A stretch of DNA of 39,132 nucleotides, taken from IMG/VR virus record IMGVR_UViG_3300046674_000493, positions 1-39,132 of that record; one strand, 5' to 3'. Each line of letters starts with the position of its first letter. The first letter of the stretch is position 1. The notes beneath the pieces were generated by a model. That model saw only the letters and a program-made list of their open reading frames with translations. It was not told the origin of the DNA and ran no database searches. This document shows, piece by piece, positions 30,639 to 39,132 of this stretch. Position numbers and translations under genes: made by a program. The stretch is from a virus.

Positions 30639-31667
30639 GTGGACGCGGAGACCCTCGCGGCCGAGCACTACAGGCGCCAGGCCCGAATCGCCCTGGCTAC
30701 CTCGCGGGCCGCTGCCCGCGAGTGGCAGCAGATGCCCACCGCCGACCTGTCCGCAGCCTGGGCGACGGGCACCGGGCCGCGGCTGTTCGCGATCGTGTCC
30801 GCCGGCCAGCTCGCCTCGGCGGAGGGCGCCACCGAGTACGTCGACCTCGCGGCCACCGCGCAGGGCGCCGCCCGAAATCCACCCTCCTTGGCCGTGGACG
30901 CGCAGGCCTTCAGCGGCATCGCCGCAGACGGCCGCAGCCTGGGATCCCTCCTCTACCAGCCGGTGATCCACACCAAGACGGCGATCGCCGGCGGCGCCAC
31001 CACCGACCGGGCCATGCAACAGGGCCTTGCCCAGCTGCTGACGATCGTCTCCTCGGAGGTCCCGGACGCCGGCCGGGCGGCGGTCGGCACGGCCATCACG
31101 GCGGACCGCCGCTGCACCGGCTACGTCCGCGTGCTCAACCCGCCGTCCTGCTCGCGGTGCGTCGTCCTGGCCGGCAAGGAGTTCGCCTGGAACCAGGGCT
31201 TCCAGCGGCACCCGCGGTGCGACTGCGCACACCTGCCGACAACCCGCTACCGGCGGGGCAACCCGGCGATGGACCCGAGCGACTACTTCCACAGCCTGAC
31301 CCGCGCCGAGCAGGACAAGACGTTCACCGTCGCCGGCGCCCGCGCGATCCGCGACGGCGCCGACATCACGGCCGTCGTCAACGCCCGCCGGGGCATCTCC
31401 ACCGTCGGCTCCTACGTGCGCGACGACGTCACCCACCGCGGGCGCATCACCCAGACCAGCCTGCTCGGCCAACGGGTGACCACCACGACCGAGAGCACGA
31501 CGAAGCGCGGCCTCGCCGCCCAACGCCTGCGCAACCTCGACCGCGACAAGGCCAAGGGACGTGGGGCCCGCCAGATCCGCCGCCTCACCCCCGAAGCGAT
31601 CTACCAGCTCGCCTCCGACCGCACCGAGGCGATCCGACTCCTTCATCGCTTCGGCTACCTCTACTGA
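30639..31667 (+). CDS. MuF-like minor capsid / head morphogenesis protein
   Basis: Follows the portal. Cys/His motif CSRCVVLAGKEF...FQRHPRCDCAHLP matches the Phage_Mu_F / SPP1 gp7 signature. Confidence 0.78.
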   Translation: MDAETLAAEHYRRQARIALATSRAAAREWQQMPTADLSAAWATGTGPRLFAIVSAGQLASAEGATEYVDLAATAQGAARNPPSLAVDAQAFSGIAADGRSLGSLLYQPVIHTKTAIAGGATTDRAMQQGLAQLLTIVSSEVPDAGRAAVGTAITADRRCTGYVRVLNPPSCSRCVVLAGKEFAWNQGFQRHPRCDCAHLPTTRYRRGNPAMDPSDYFHSLTRAEQDKTFTVAGARAIRDGADITAVVNARRGISTVGSYVRDDVTHRGRITQTSLLGQRVTTTTESTTKRGLAAQRLRNLDRDKAKGRGARQIRRLTPEAIYQLASDRTEAIRLLHRFGYLY

Positions 31668-31714
31668 CCCCGCCGACCGCAACGGCCGGCCCCAACTCCT
31701 GCAACAGGAGCGAC

Positions 31715-32476
31715 ATGCAGCCCGACGAAGCCCTGCCCACCCATCCCCTCACCGGCCTCGTCGCCGTCGGCTGGCGCAAGGCCCGCCCGCACTACGGCGA
31801 GAGCAGCCCTCAGCCAATCTGGCCGATCGCTGGCGGTGCCCCCGAGGACGACGAGACCGACGACGAGGCCGACGACGAGGCCGGGGAAGGCGCCTCGGGT
31901 GAGGACGAAGACGACTCGGGCGGCCAGGGCGACGATCAGCTCCGCCCAGCCGGCACCAAGGCCCTGGAGGCGGAGAAGACCCGACGCAAGGCCGAGGCCG
32001 AGCGTCGCCGCACCGCCGAGGCCCGTATCGCCGAGCTGGAACAGCAGCTTGCCGCAGGAGCCCAGAGCGACGACGGCCCCACCCCGGAACAGATCCGGCG
32101 CGAGGCGACCAGCGCCGCGACTGCCAAGGCCAACGAACGGATCATCCGCTCCGAGGTCCGCGCCGCCGCGGCCGGCAAGCTCAGCGACCCGCGCGACGCC
32201 CTCCAGTTCATCGACCTGACCCGATTCGAGGTCGACGAGGACGGCCAGGTCGACGAGGAGGAGGTCGCCGAGGCGATCGACGACCTGATCAAGAACAAGC
32301 CCTACCTGGCCGCCGCAACGGCGAAGCCACGGTTCGAGGGCACCGGCGACGGTGGCGCCCGCAAGGGGTCCGCCGGCACCAAGCAGTACACCGAAGCGGA
32401 CATCAAGAAGATGACGCCCGAGCAGATCGACGAGGCTCACCGCAAGGGTCAGCTGCGCGACTACATGGGCACCTGA
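31715..32476 (+). CDS. Scaffolding protein
   Basis: ATG after CAGGAG. Acidic tract (EDDETDDEADDEAGEGASGEDEDD), then charged helical text. Immediately upstream of the major capsid gene. Confidence 0.7.
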   Translation: MQPDEALPTHPLTGLVAVGWRKARPHYGESSPQPIWPIAGGAPEDDETDDEADDEAGEGASGEDEDDSGGQGDDQLRPAGTKALEAEKTRRKAEAERRRTAEARIAELEQQLAAGAQSDDGPTPEQIRREATSAATAKANERIIRSEVRAAAAGKLSDPRDALQFIDLTRFEVDEDGQVDEEEVAEAIDDLIKNKPYLAAATAKPRFEGTGDGGARKGSAGTKQYTEADIKKMTPEQIDEAHRKGQLRDYMGT

Positions 32477-32493
32477 CCCCGAGAGGACCCCCT

Positions 32494-33357
32494 GTGGCCA
32501 TCACCCGATTCAAGCCGGAGATCTGGAGCGCCAAGCTCCTGATCGCCCTGCGCAAGGAACTCGTCTACGCCGGGCCCGGCATGCTCAACCGCGACTACGA
32601 GGGCGACATCAAGAACGCGGGCGACACCGTCCGCATCACCAGCATCTCCGACCCGACCGTTGGCACCTACGTGCCCAACAGCACGGTCATCGTCCCGGAG
32701 GAGCTCACCGACGCACAGCGCACCCTGGTCATCGACCAGGCCAAGTACTGGGCGTTCAAGGTCGACGACGTCGACAAGCGCCAGGCCGCCGGCGACGTCA
32801 TGACGGAGGCCATGTCCCGCGCCGCGTACAAGGTCGCCGACCAGATCGACCAGTACCTCGCCGGGTTCTACACCGGCATCCAGAGCGCCAACGTCCTCGG
32901 CTCCACCGGTTCCCCGGTCGACACGCACACCACCGTCACCGACGCCTACGACAAGGTCCTCGTCCCCCTGCGGACCAAGCTCAAGCGGGCCAACGTCCCC
33001 ACCGCCGGCCGGTGGGTCGTCGTCTCCCCGGAGTTCACCGCGTCCCTGCTCCTCGACCCGCGCTTCATCAAGGCCAACGAGGCCGGCGACGGCGGCCAGG
33101 GCCTGCGCAACGGCTACGTAGGCCGGGCCGCCGGCTTCGACATCGTCGAGTCGAACAACACCCCCAACCCGTCCGGCGACACCCAGGTCATCACCGCCGG
33201 CATCAGCCAGGCCATCAGCTTCGCCGAGCAGATCGCCGAGACCGAGGCCTACCGCCCCGAGGCCGGCTTCTCCGACGCCGTCAAGGGCCTGGCCGTCTAC
33301 GGCGGCAAGCTCCTGCGCCCGGACATGCTCGCCTGCGCCTTCATCGACCCGGCCTGA
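32494..33357 (+). CDS. Major capsid protein
   Basis: 287 aa. N-terminus MAITRFKPEIWSAKLL...YEGDIKNAGDTVRI is typical of the actinophage P22-coat-like/HK97-fold MCP family. Position after the scaffold. Confidence 0.85.
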   Translation: MAITRFKPEIWSAKLLIALRKELVYAGPGMLNRDYEGDIKNAGDTVRITSISDPTVGTYVPNSTVIVPEELTDAQRTLVIDQAKYWAFKVDDVDKRQAAGDVMTEAMSRAAYKVADQIDQYLAGFYTGIQSANVLGSTGSPVDTHTTVTDAYDKVLVPLRTKLKRANVPTAGRWVVVSPEFTASLLLDPRFIKANEAGDGGQGLRNGYVGRAAGFDIVESNNTPNPSGDTQVITAGISQAISFAEQIAETEAYRPEAGFSDAVKGLAVYGGKLLRPDMLACAFIDPA

Positions 33358-33373
33358 TCGGAGACCCCAGACC

Positions 33374-33751
33374 ATGGCACGCACCGCAGTCGCCTACTCC
33401 AACTTCCTGCCCAACGCCGCCGTCACCGACGCGTCGCTCACGGCCGTCACCCTCAACCCGGGCACCAGCAACGGGCACGTCATCTCCAAGGCAGCGCCCG
33501 AACTCACCATCCTGCGCGTCGCCGTCGGTGCGACCGGCGGCAACATCACCGTCAAGGCCGGCGCCTACCCGCCTGCACTCGCCGCCGGCCAAGGTGACCT
33601 GGTCACCACCGTCGGCGCGAACAGCATCAGCTGGATCGGCCCGCTCGAGTCGGGCCGCTTCCTGCAGAACGACGGAAGCCTGCTCATCGACGTCGCCGCC
33701 GCAGTCGTCCCTGGCACCATCACCGCCCTCAAGGTCCCGAGGAACACCTGA
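33374..33751 (+). CDS. Hypothetical structural protein (paralogue of 35827..36156)
   Basis: 125 aa, beta-rich text with the shared (W/M)IGPL motif. Preceded by the 16-nt junction GCCTGATCGGAGACCC. Confidence 0.5.
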   Translation: MARTAVAYSNFLPNAAVTDASLTAVTLNPGTSNGHVISKAAPELTILRVAVGATGGNITVKAGAYPPALAAGQGDLVTTVGANSISWIGPLESGRFLQNDGSLLIDVAAAVVPGTITALKVPRNT

Positions 33752-34053
33752 TGCCCGACACCATCCACGTGCGGGGCGAGGGCGGCATGGTCATCGCCAT
33801 GGACCTTCCGCTCCCCGAGCCGATCGAGCAGCGGCTCGTCAAGGGCCAGATCCAGCGCGTCAACCGGGACGGCACCCCCTACGCCGGCAAGGCCGACCCC
33901 GAGGTCCCGGCCCCGCCCGACCGGGCGCCGGCCAAGGCCGCACCCAAGGCGGAGTGGGTCGGCTGGGCCGTCGCCAACGGCGCCGACCCGGAGGCCGCCG
34001 AGGCCCTCAGCAAGAACGACCTGATCGAGCAGTACGGCGCCGCAGCAGAGTAG
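33751..34053 (+). CDS. Hypothetical head-module protein
   Basis: ATGA overlap; 100 aa. Confidence 0.5.
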   Translation: MPDTIHVRGEGGMVIAMDLPLPEPIEQRLVKGQIQRVNRDGTPYAGKADPEVPAPPDRAPAKAAPKAEWVGWAVANGADPEAAEALSKNDLIEQYGAAAE

Positions 34054-34062
34054 GAGGCCCCG

Positions 34063-34629
34063 ATGAGCCTGCCCCCTCTGGCCACCACCGCCGACGCGAC
34101 CGCGTACGGCTACACCCTGCCCCCGGCGGACGCCGACGCGCTCCTCAACCGCGCGTCGGTCCGCATCCGCCGGGCGGCCGGACAGCCCATCACGCCGAGC
34201 GTCGTCACCGTGCAGCTCGACGTCGAGGACGACGCGGTCGTGCTGCCGGCCCCGCCAGTCGTCACCGTCCAGCAGGTCCAGGCCGTCGCCCCGGACGGCA
34301 CCCTCACCACCCTCACGGCCTGGGTGTGGGACACCGACCGGCTCCGGGTTCCGGCCTGCTCGGCTACCCGCATCCAGGCGACCTACCAGCGCGGCTGGCA
34401 GGTCGTCCCCGACGGCATCGTCGAACTCGCCTGCCAGGTGGCCAACCGGCTCTCGCTGACCCCGGCCGGCATGGACATCGGCGTGCGCTCGCGCACCATC
34501 GACGACTACAGCGAGACCTTCGCCGTCGAGCAGATGGACGTCGCCGGCGACCTGCTGCCCGGCGAGGAGACCGCGCTGAAGCGCGAGCTCGGCGCTCCCC
34601 CGGCCGCCTGGGTGGTGGGGACCTCGTGA
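34063..34629 (+). CDS. Head-tail connector (gp6-like adaptor)
   Basis: Position and N-terminal text LATTADATAYGYTLPPADADALLNRASVRIRRAAGQ are typical of head-tail connector proteins. Confidence 0.6.
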   Translation: MSLPPLATTADATAYGYTLPPADADALLNRASVRIRRAAGQPITPSVVTVQLDVEDDAVVLPAPPVVTVQQVQAVAPDGTLTTLTAWVWDTDRLRVPACSATRIQATYQRGWQVVPDGIVELACQVANRLSLTPAGMDIGVRSRTIDDYSETFAVEQMDVAGDLLPGEETALKRELGAPPAAWVVGTS

Positions 34630-35036
34630 TCGACCTCGGTCCCCTCCTTACGCGCGGCCGGGCGGCGCACGAGCAGCTCATGCTCGACAGCATCCGCCTG
34701 CTGAGGCCCGCAGCAGCCACCTACGACCCGGCGACCGGAGCCACCGTCCAGCCGGACCCCCGGGTCCTGTACGCCGGCCCGGCCCGGGTGAAGCCCTCTG
34801 TCGCGGTCTCCGAGGGCGCCGACGTCGGGCAGCGACTCGTCGTGCAGCGCCGCTACGAAGTCGCCCTGCCCTGGGCAGCGGCGCCGATCGCGGTCGACCG
34901 GGTGCTGCCCGGCGACCAGGTCGAGGTGACCGCCTCACCGGACCCGCGGCTCGTCGGCATGCTGCTGTGGGTCACCTCGGTCGGGGAGTCGGCGACCGCC
35001 ACCGCGTGGCGCCTCAGCGCGGAGGACCGGTCGTGA
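34626..35036 (+). CDS. Head closure / head-tail adaptor protein
   Basis: GTGA overlap; 136 aa. Only the distal part of track ORF 33012..35036 is credible. Confidence 0.5.
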   Translation: MIDLGPLLTRGRAAHEQLMLDSIRLLRPAAATYDPATGATVQPDPRVLYAGPARVKPSVAVSEGADVGQRLVVQRRYEVALPWAAAPIAVDRVLPGDQVEVTASPDPRLVGMLLWVTSVGESATATAWRLSAEDRS

Positions 35037-35413
35037 GCGCCGACATCTCCGGCCTGGAGGCGTTCGTCGCCGACCTGGCCCGGGTCGGCCTGGAGCTGGA
35101 GCGGCGCACTCAGCAGGTCGTCGCGAAGGGCGCCCTGAACATCAAGCGGGACTGGCAGGCGAACGCCCGGGCAACGGCCGGGCGCCATGCCCGCCTCTAC
35201 CCGGCAAGCATCGGCTACGACCTCACGGTCACACCGGCCGGCGCGAGCGCGGTCATCGGCCCGGACAAGGACCGCCCCCAGGGGGCGCTCGGCAACCTGC
35301 TGGAGTTCGGCACGTCCCGCCAGGGCGGCCACCTCGACGGCGCCCGGGCGCTGGCCGCCGAGGAGCCGCGCTTCATCGCCGCGATCGAGGCCCTGGGAGG
35401 TGAACTCCTGTGA
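35033..35413 (+). CDS. HK97 gp10-like neck protein
   Basis: GTGA overlap. Text RRTQQVVAKGALNIKRDWQANA...GALGNLLEFGT resembles the HK97 gp10 family. Confidence 0.55.
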   Translation: MSADISGLEAFVADLARVGLELERRTQQVVAKGALNIKRDWQANARATAGRHARLYPASIGYDLTVTPAGASAVIGPDKDRPQGALGNLLEFGTSRQGGHLDGARALAAEEPRFIAAIEALGGELL

Positions 35414-35814
35414 CCAGCCCGGCCGTCCTGCCGCACGTCGCCGCTCTGGAAGCCGCCATCGAGGCTGTGCCGCTGGCGGTGTACCTCGGCGGGGCGCCGG
35501 CAGCCACTTCGCTGCCCGCCTCCTACGTCGTCCTCTACCCGGCCGGCGGCGCCGCCGCGCCCGCGTCTCTCGCGGACGACCGGACGACGCTGGAGGCGCT
35601 CGTGCAGATCACGTGCGTGTCCACGCTGCCCGACGGTGCGCTCGGCACTGCCGACCGGGTCCGCGCCGCCCTGGCCGGCCCGCTCACGGTGGCGGGCCGC
35701 GCGACGTGGCGGCCGGAGGAGCTCGGCGGCCCGCCCCTACAGAGGGATGACGACGTCACCCCGCCGCTCTACTACGTGCCGGTCCAGTACCGGCTGCGAT
35801 CCATCCCCGCCTGA
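35410..35814 (+). CDS. Tail terminator / tail completion protein
   Basis: GTGA overlap; 134 aa; position before the major tail gene. Confidence 0.5.
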   Translation: MTSPAVLPHVAALEAAIEAVPLAVYLGGAPAATSLPASYVVLYPAGGAAAPASLADDRTTLEALVQITCVSTLPDGALGTADRVRAALAGPLTVAGRATWRPEELGGPPLQRDDDVTPPLYYVPVQYRLRSIPA

Positions 35815-35826
35815 TCGGAGACCCTG

Positions 35827-36156
35827 ATGCCCCTGCTCACTCCACAGGTCGTGAGCCTGGCCGGCACGACCCCCACCTACGGCGCCGCCGTCGCGTCCAC
35901 CACGGTGGCTTGCGACGAGCGCACGTTTCTCCACGTCAAGAACACCGCCGGGTCCTCAATGACGGTCACCCTGACCGCCACGGGTGCCATCCGCGGGCAG
36001 AAGGCCGCCGACGTGGTGATCACCGTGCCCGCGACGACCGGCGACAAGATGATCGGGCCGCTGCCCGCCGAACTGTTCGCCGGGGCCGTGGACGGCACCT
36101 GCGCCGTCACCTACTCCTCCACGACCTCCGTCACCGTCGCAGCCCTGCGGATCTGA
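35827..36156 (+). CDS. Hypothetical structural protein (paralogue of 33374..33751)
   Basis: 109 aa. Shares the ...TV...IGPL...DG...ALR pattern and the identical 16-nt upstream junction. Confidence 0.5.
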   Translation: MPLLTPQVVSLAGTTPTYGAAVASTTVACDERTFLHVKNTAGSSMTVTLTATGAIRGQKAADVVITVPATTGDKMIGPLPAELFAGAVDGTCAVTYSSTTSVTVAALRI

Positions 36157-36216
36157 CCCTGCCCATCCCCGCCCCCGCGCCACCGGCCGGGGGCTTCGAC
36201 ATGCCCAGGAGGGCAC

Positions 36217-36696
36217 ATGTCTGACGTCATCGGCGACGGCAAGATCCGGGTGGCCTGGGTTGCTGCCATCGCCAACATCAACGCGCCGACCGCCGCCGAG
36301 ATCGCCGCGGGCATCGACGCGACGACCCGCATCACCCCCGACGGTCTGAAGACCGACCCCACCACGGCCGCCGTCGACACCGGCAGCCTCGCCTCCACGT
36401 ACGACACGGAGGAGAACGGGCGGACCAAGTTCGCCAACGAGCTGACGCTCAAGAGGGGCGACACCGGGCCCGAGGACCTGCTGTACGGCACCCTCGTCAA
36501 GGGCGCCCGCGGCTACCTTGTCGTGCGCCGCGCCCTCCCGTACGCGACCGCCTGGGCGGCCGGCCAGCAGGTCGAGGTCTACCCGACGGTGTGCGGCGAG
36601 CGCATGAACAAGGCCACCGCGCCCAACGAGGTCATGAAGTTCACCGCCCCGATGCGGGTCTACAGCCCGCCGGCCACCGCCGCCGTGGTCGCCTGA
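36217..36696 (+). CDS. Major tail protein
   Basis: ATG after CAGGAGGG; 159 aa. Position immediately upstream of the G/GT chaperone pair. Confidence 0.75.
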   Translation: MSDVIGDGKIRVAWVAAIANINAPTAAEIAAGIDATTRITPDGLKTDPTTAAVDTGSLASTYDTEENGRTKFANELTLKRGDTGPEDLLYGTLVKGARGYLVVRRALPYATAWAAGQQVEVYPTVCGERMNKATAPNEVMKFTAPMRVYSPPATAAVVA

Positions 36697-37226
36697 TGAC
36701 CGCCAAGCAGCCGCCTGTACCGGGCATCGAGGACCTCATCGCGGCCGCCACCCTGCGGGAGACCACCGTCCCGCTGTGCCTGGCCGGCCACCTGGTCGCC
36801 GAGTACGAGGACCTAGAGCGCCAGCTCTCCGACGCCGCCACGCTCGTCGGACAATCCCTCGCGGGCTCCCCGCGCGTGCCCATCGCGGAGCGGATCGAGG
36901 AACTGCGCGCCGAGATGGCCCAGCACCTCGTCAACTTCCGGTTCCGAGCGCTCGGGGGCACGGGGTGGTCCGACCTGCTCGCCGCCCACCCGGACCCCGG
37001 CCGGGCGTTCAAGCTGGCGACCTTCGTTCCGGCGGCGATCTCGGCGTGCGCGATCGGGCCCGAGATGACCCCTGAGCAGTACCTGCGCCTGGAGGCGCGC
37101 CTGTCGCACGGCCAGCGCGAGGCCCTGTTCGACGCCGTGTGGACCCTCAACACCGTGGCCCAGGCGGCCGTCCCTTTCTCGCTGCTCGCCTCCGCGACCG
37201 CCTCGGGCCGCACCGGCGAGAGCTAG
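36696..37226 (+). CDS. Tail assembly chaperone (gpG-like)
   Basis: ATG overlapping the major tail stop (TGATG). Contains the slippery heptamer near its 3' end, and the downstream -1 frame stays open to the TMP start. Confidence 0.75.
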   Translation: MTAKQPPVPGIEDLIAAATLRETTVPLCLAGHLVAEYEDLERQLSDAATLVGQSLAGSPRVPIAERIEELRAEMAQHLVNFRFRALGGTGWSDLLAAHPDPGRAFKLATFVPAAISACAIGPEMTPEQYLRLEARLSHGQREALFDAVWTLNTVAQAAVPFSLLASATASGRTGES

Positions 37227-37546
37227 AGGCCGCCCGCGCCTGGGGGGTGCCCCGCTCGCTCTTCCTCGGCCGGCCGCTGCCCGGCCCGGGCGAGCCCCTG
37301 TGGACCGAGGACGACCGGGCGTGGGCGCTCGCCCTCCTCCAGGTCGAGGCCGAGGCCTGCACCGGCTGCGGGCAAATCCTCGCCGACTCCACCAACCCCG
37401 ACTCTGAGGGCCGGTGGACCGCCGAGGTGCTGCGGTGCCACGCCTGCACGACGGCCGCCCACCACGCCGAGAAGTTCCAGCAGGCCGGCGGCGATGGCCA
37501 CGGCGCCCACGTCCGCGTCTACCGGAAGGAGGACCGTCGTGACTGA
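36696..37546 (+). CDS. Tail assembly chaperone G-T fusion made by -1 programmed frameshift at 37172..37178
   Basis: Frame 0 reads ...AAV PFS..., and after slippage ...AAVPF-LAARLRDRLGPHRRELEAARAWGVPRS... continues to TGA 37544-37546, overlapping the TMP GTG start at 37539. Confidence 0.7.
37172..37178 (+). promoter_or_regulatory. -1 ribosomal frameshift slippery heptamer C-CCT-TTC
   Basis: X-XXY-YYZ pattern in the correct phase with the gpG frame (codons GTC CCT TTC), 46 nt before the G stop. Confidence 0.7.
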
Positions 37547-39132
37547 CCGCACGGTGAACGTCCGCCTGGGCGTCGACAACAGCACTGCCCGGCGCTCCGT
37601 GACGCAGTCCGAGGCCGACTTCCGGCGCCTGGGGGTCGCCGCGGCGGCGGCCGGCGCCGAGCAGCAGACCGCCTTCCAGCGGGCGGCCACCGTCTCGCAG
37701 AGCGCGTTCGAGCGGACGGCGGCCGTCGCGCAGGCCACCGGCCGGGCGACCCAGGAATCCGTTCTCGCGACGTCGACCAGCCTCGGGCGGCTCGCCGTGT
37801 CCGCCGAGGAGGTTCCGACGACGTTCGCGTCCGCTGCCTCGATCTCGTCCCGGGCGATGGGTGAGCTGGCGACGTCCACGTCGGCGGCGGCAGCCTCGGT
37901 CGTCGCGTCCGAGACCCGCATGTCCGAGGCCACGGTCGCCGCGTCCACGGGCATCGAGCGGTCGCTGGCGATGCGGCTGGCGGCCGGTGAGGCCGTGATG
38001 GCCCAGCAGGGCGCGTTGGCGGCCGCGACGTCGGCGTCGTCCGCCACGCAGGCGTCCGCATTCTCCCGAGCGGCCACCGCCGTGGACCGCGCGGACACCG
38101 CGTTCAGCGGGGCCCGTACCACCGGGCTCGCCATGCTCGCGATGTTCGCCGCGGCCTCGGTCACCGCCGCCAAGTTCGAGAAGAGCATGTCCGGGGTCGC
38201 GGCGGTCGCCGACACGGACGCGGCGTCGCTGGCCCAGCTGCGTGACGCGGCGCTGGACGCCGGCCGCGCCACCTCCTACAGCGCGTCGCAGGCCGCGGAT
38301 GCCGAGGGCGAGCTGGCGCGCGCGGGTGTCAGCGTCGCGGACATCCTCGGCGGCGCCCTGCGCGGCGCCCTGTCCCTGGCTGCGGCCGGGCAGCTCGGCC
38401 TGTCCGAGGCCGCCACGATCTCCGCGCAGTCCATGAACACGTTCGGCCTGCGCGGCAAGGACGTTGCGCACATCGCGGACGTCCTCGCCGCCGGCGCCAA
38501 CAAGTCGGCGGCCGACGTGCACGGGCTGGGCGAGTCCCTGCGGATGGGCGGCCTGCTCGCCCACCAGACCGGCCTGTCCCTCGAGGACACCGTCGGCACG
38601 TTGTCGGCCTTCGCCGACCACGCGCTGATCGGTTCCGACGCCGGCACCAGCCTCAAGACGATGCTTCAGCGGCTCACGCCGCAGTCGGACGAGGCGCGCG
38701 GCATGATGGACAAGTTGGGCTTCAGCGCGTACGACGCGCAGGGCCAGTTCGTCGGCCTGGACAAACTCGCCGGGAACATGAAGCGGAGCTTCTCGGACCT
38801 GACGCCCGAGGCCCGCAACGCGGCGTTCGGCGTCATCTTCGGGTCCGACGCGGTCCGTGCGGCAACCATCCTGTACGAGCAGGGCTCCGAGGGCATCAGC
38901 CGCTACCGGGGCGAGGTCGACGACGCCGGCGCCGCTTCCCGCATGGCCGCCGTCCAGCTCGACAACCTGTCCGGCGACCTGGAGGCCCTCGGCGGCGCCC
39001 TGGAGGTCGCCCTGATCCAGGGCGGCACCGAGGCCAACAAAGTCCTGCGGACCATGGTCGAGTGGGTGACCAAGCTGGTCAACGCCTACACCGACCTGCC
39101 GAGTTGGGCCCAGACCTCGGCCGTGGCGATCC
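37539..39132 (+). CDS. Tail tape measure protein, N-terminal part (continues at base 128 / overlaps bases 1..127)
   Basis: GTG after GGAAGGAGGA. TP901-type TMP core text (FEKSMSGVAAVADT, LAAGANKSAADVHGLGESL, GTSLKTMLQRL, FGVIFGSDAVRAA). No stop before the window end. The joined protein is about 1107 aa. Confidence 0.9.
   Translation, partial: MTDRTVNVRLGVDNSTARRSVTQSEADFRRLGVAAAAAGAEQQTAFQRAATVSQSAFERTAAVAQATGRATQESVLATSTSLGRLAVSAEEVPTTFASAASISSRAMGELATSTSAAAASVVASETRMSEATVAASTGIERSLAMRLAAGEAVMAQQGALAAATSASSATQASAFSRAATAVDRADTAFSGARTTGLAMLAMFAAASVTAAKFEKSMSGVAAVADTDAASLAQLRDAALDAGRATSYSASQAADAEGELARAGVSVADILGGALRGALSLAAAGQLGLSEAATISAQSMNTFGLRGKDVAHIADVLAAGANKSAADVHGLGESLRMGGLLAHQTGLSLEDTVGTLSAFADHALIGSDAGTSLKTMLQRLTPQSDEARGMMDKLGFSAYDAQGQFVGLDKLAGNMKRSFSDLTPEARNAAFGVIFGSDAVRAATILYEQGSEGISRYRGEVDDAGAASRMAAVQLDNLSGDLEALGGALEVALIQGGTEANKVLRTMVEWVTKLVNAYTDLPSWAQTSAVAI
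39006..39132. repeat. Terminal overlap, identical to 1..127
   Basis: Base-by-base identity. Confidence 0.97.

Larger units (their letters stand above)
1..39132. mobile_element. Complete temperate siphovirus / excised prophage genome, circularly closed (unique length 39005 bp)
   Basis: Integration (int, xis-like, attP), immunity, replication, packaging, head, tail and lysis modules are all present. Window ends overlap by 127 identical bases and the tape-measure ORF is continuous across the junction. Confidence 0.9.

Noticed and set aside
31836-31925. GAC/GAG-rich tandem-looking DNA repeat
   Set aside because: It encodes the acidic Asp/Glu tract of the scaffolding protein in the correct frame. 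It is a coding low-complexity region rather than a DNA-level repeat element.

Overview
This very GC-rich window has Streptomyces/actinomycete-type codon bias, with G/C at almost every third codon position. It is a complete, circularly closed temperate siphovirus or excised prophage, not a chromosomal segment. Bases 1-127 are identical to 39006-39132, and the tape-measure gene runs off the right end and continues in frame at the left end, giving a unique length of 39005 bp. Gene order on the + strand is: tape measure C-terminal part, minor tail genes (1-5727), lysis cassette of amidase endolysin, holin and a membrane-anchored coiled-coil protein (5766-7311). A minus-strand accessory island follows (7372-9426) with a lipoprotein, a CYTH / class IV adenylate-cyclase-like enzyme and an XRE-HTH protein with an unassigned C-terminal domain. 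Next come two small + genes, then an attP whose core is the 3' 46 nt of a tRNA-Lys(UUU) gene (10006-10051). After that are a minus-strand tyrosine integrase and an atypically low-GC XRE repressor (10250-12608), a divergent switch region and an excisionase-like gene. Early genes include a Zn-finger/Toprim primase and a DUF3987-like protein (12698-17265), followed by an AT-rich gap and small early genes. These include a low-GC3 HTH protein and a sigma-70 region-2-only protein (17492-21057). A run of six membrane or small proteins (21117-23911) precedes an iteron/palindrome hub with a small MerR/Xis-like HTH gene (23913-24256), a small protein and a reverse-strand membrane protein. The late region holds HNH endonuclease, TerS, TerL, portal, MuF-like protein, scaffold, major capsid, connectors, major tail and G/GT chaperones with a canonical -1 slippery site, then the tape measure N-terminal part. 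The best candidate for an undescribed system is the translationally coupled XRE-HTH/unknown-domain + CYTH operon at the prophage end (8001-9426). Secondary candidates are the Spd-like membrane cluster with its adjacent iteron hub and a possible two-piece sigma factor. All family assignments come from reading motifs by eye; no database search was possible.
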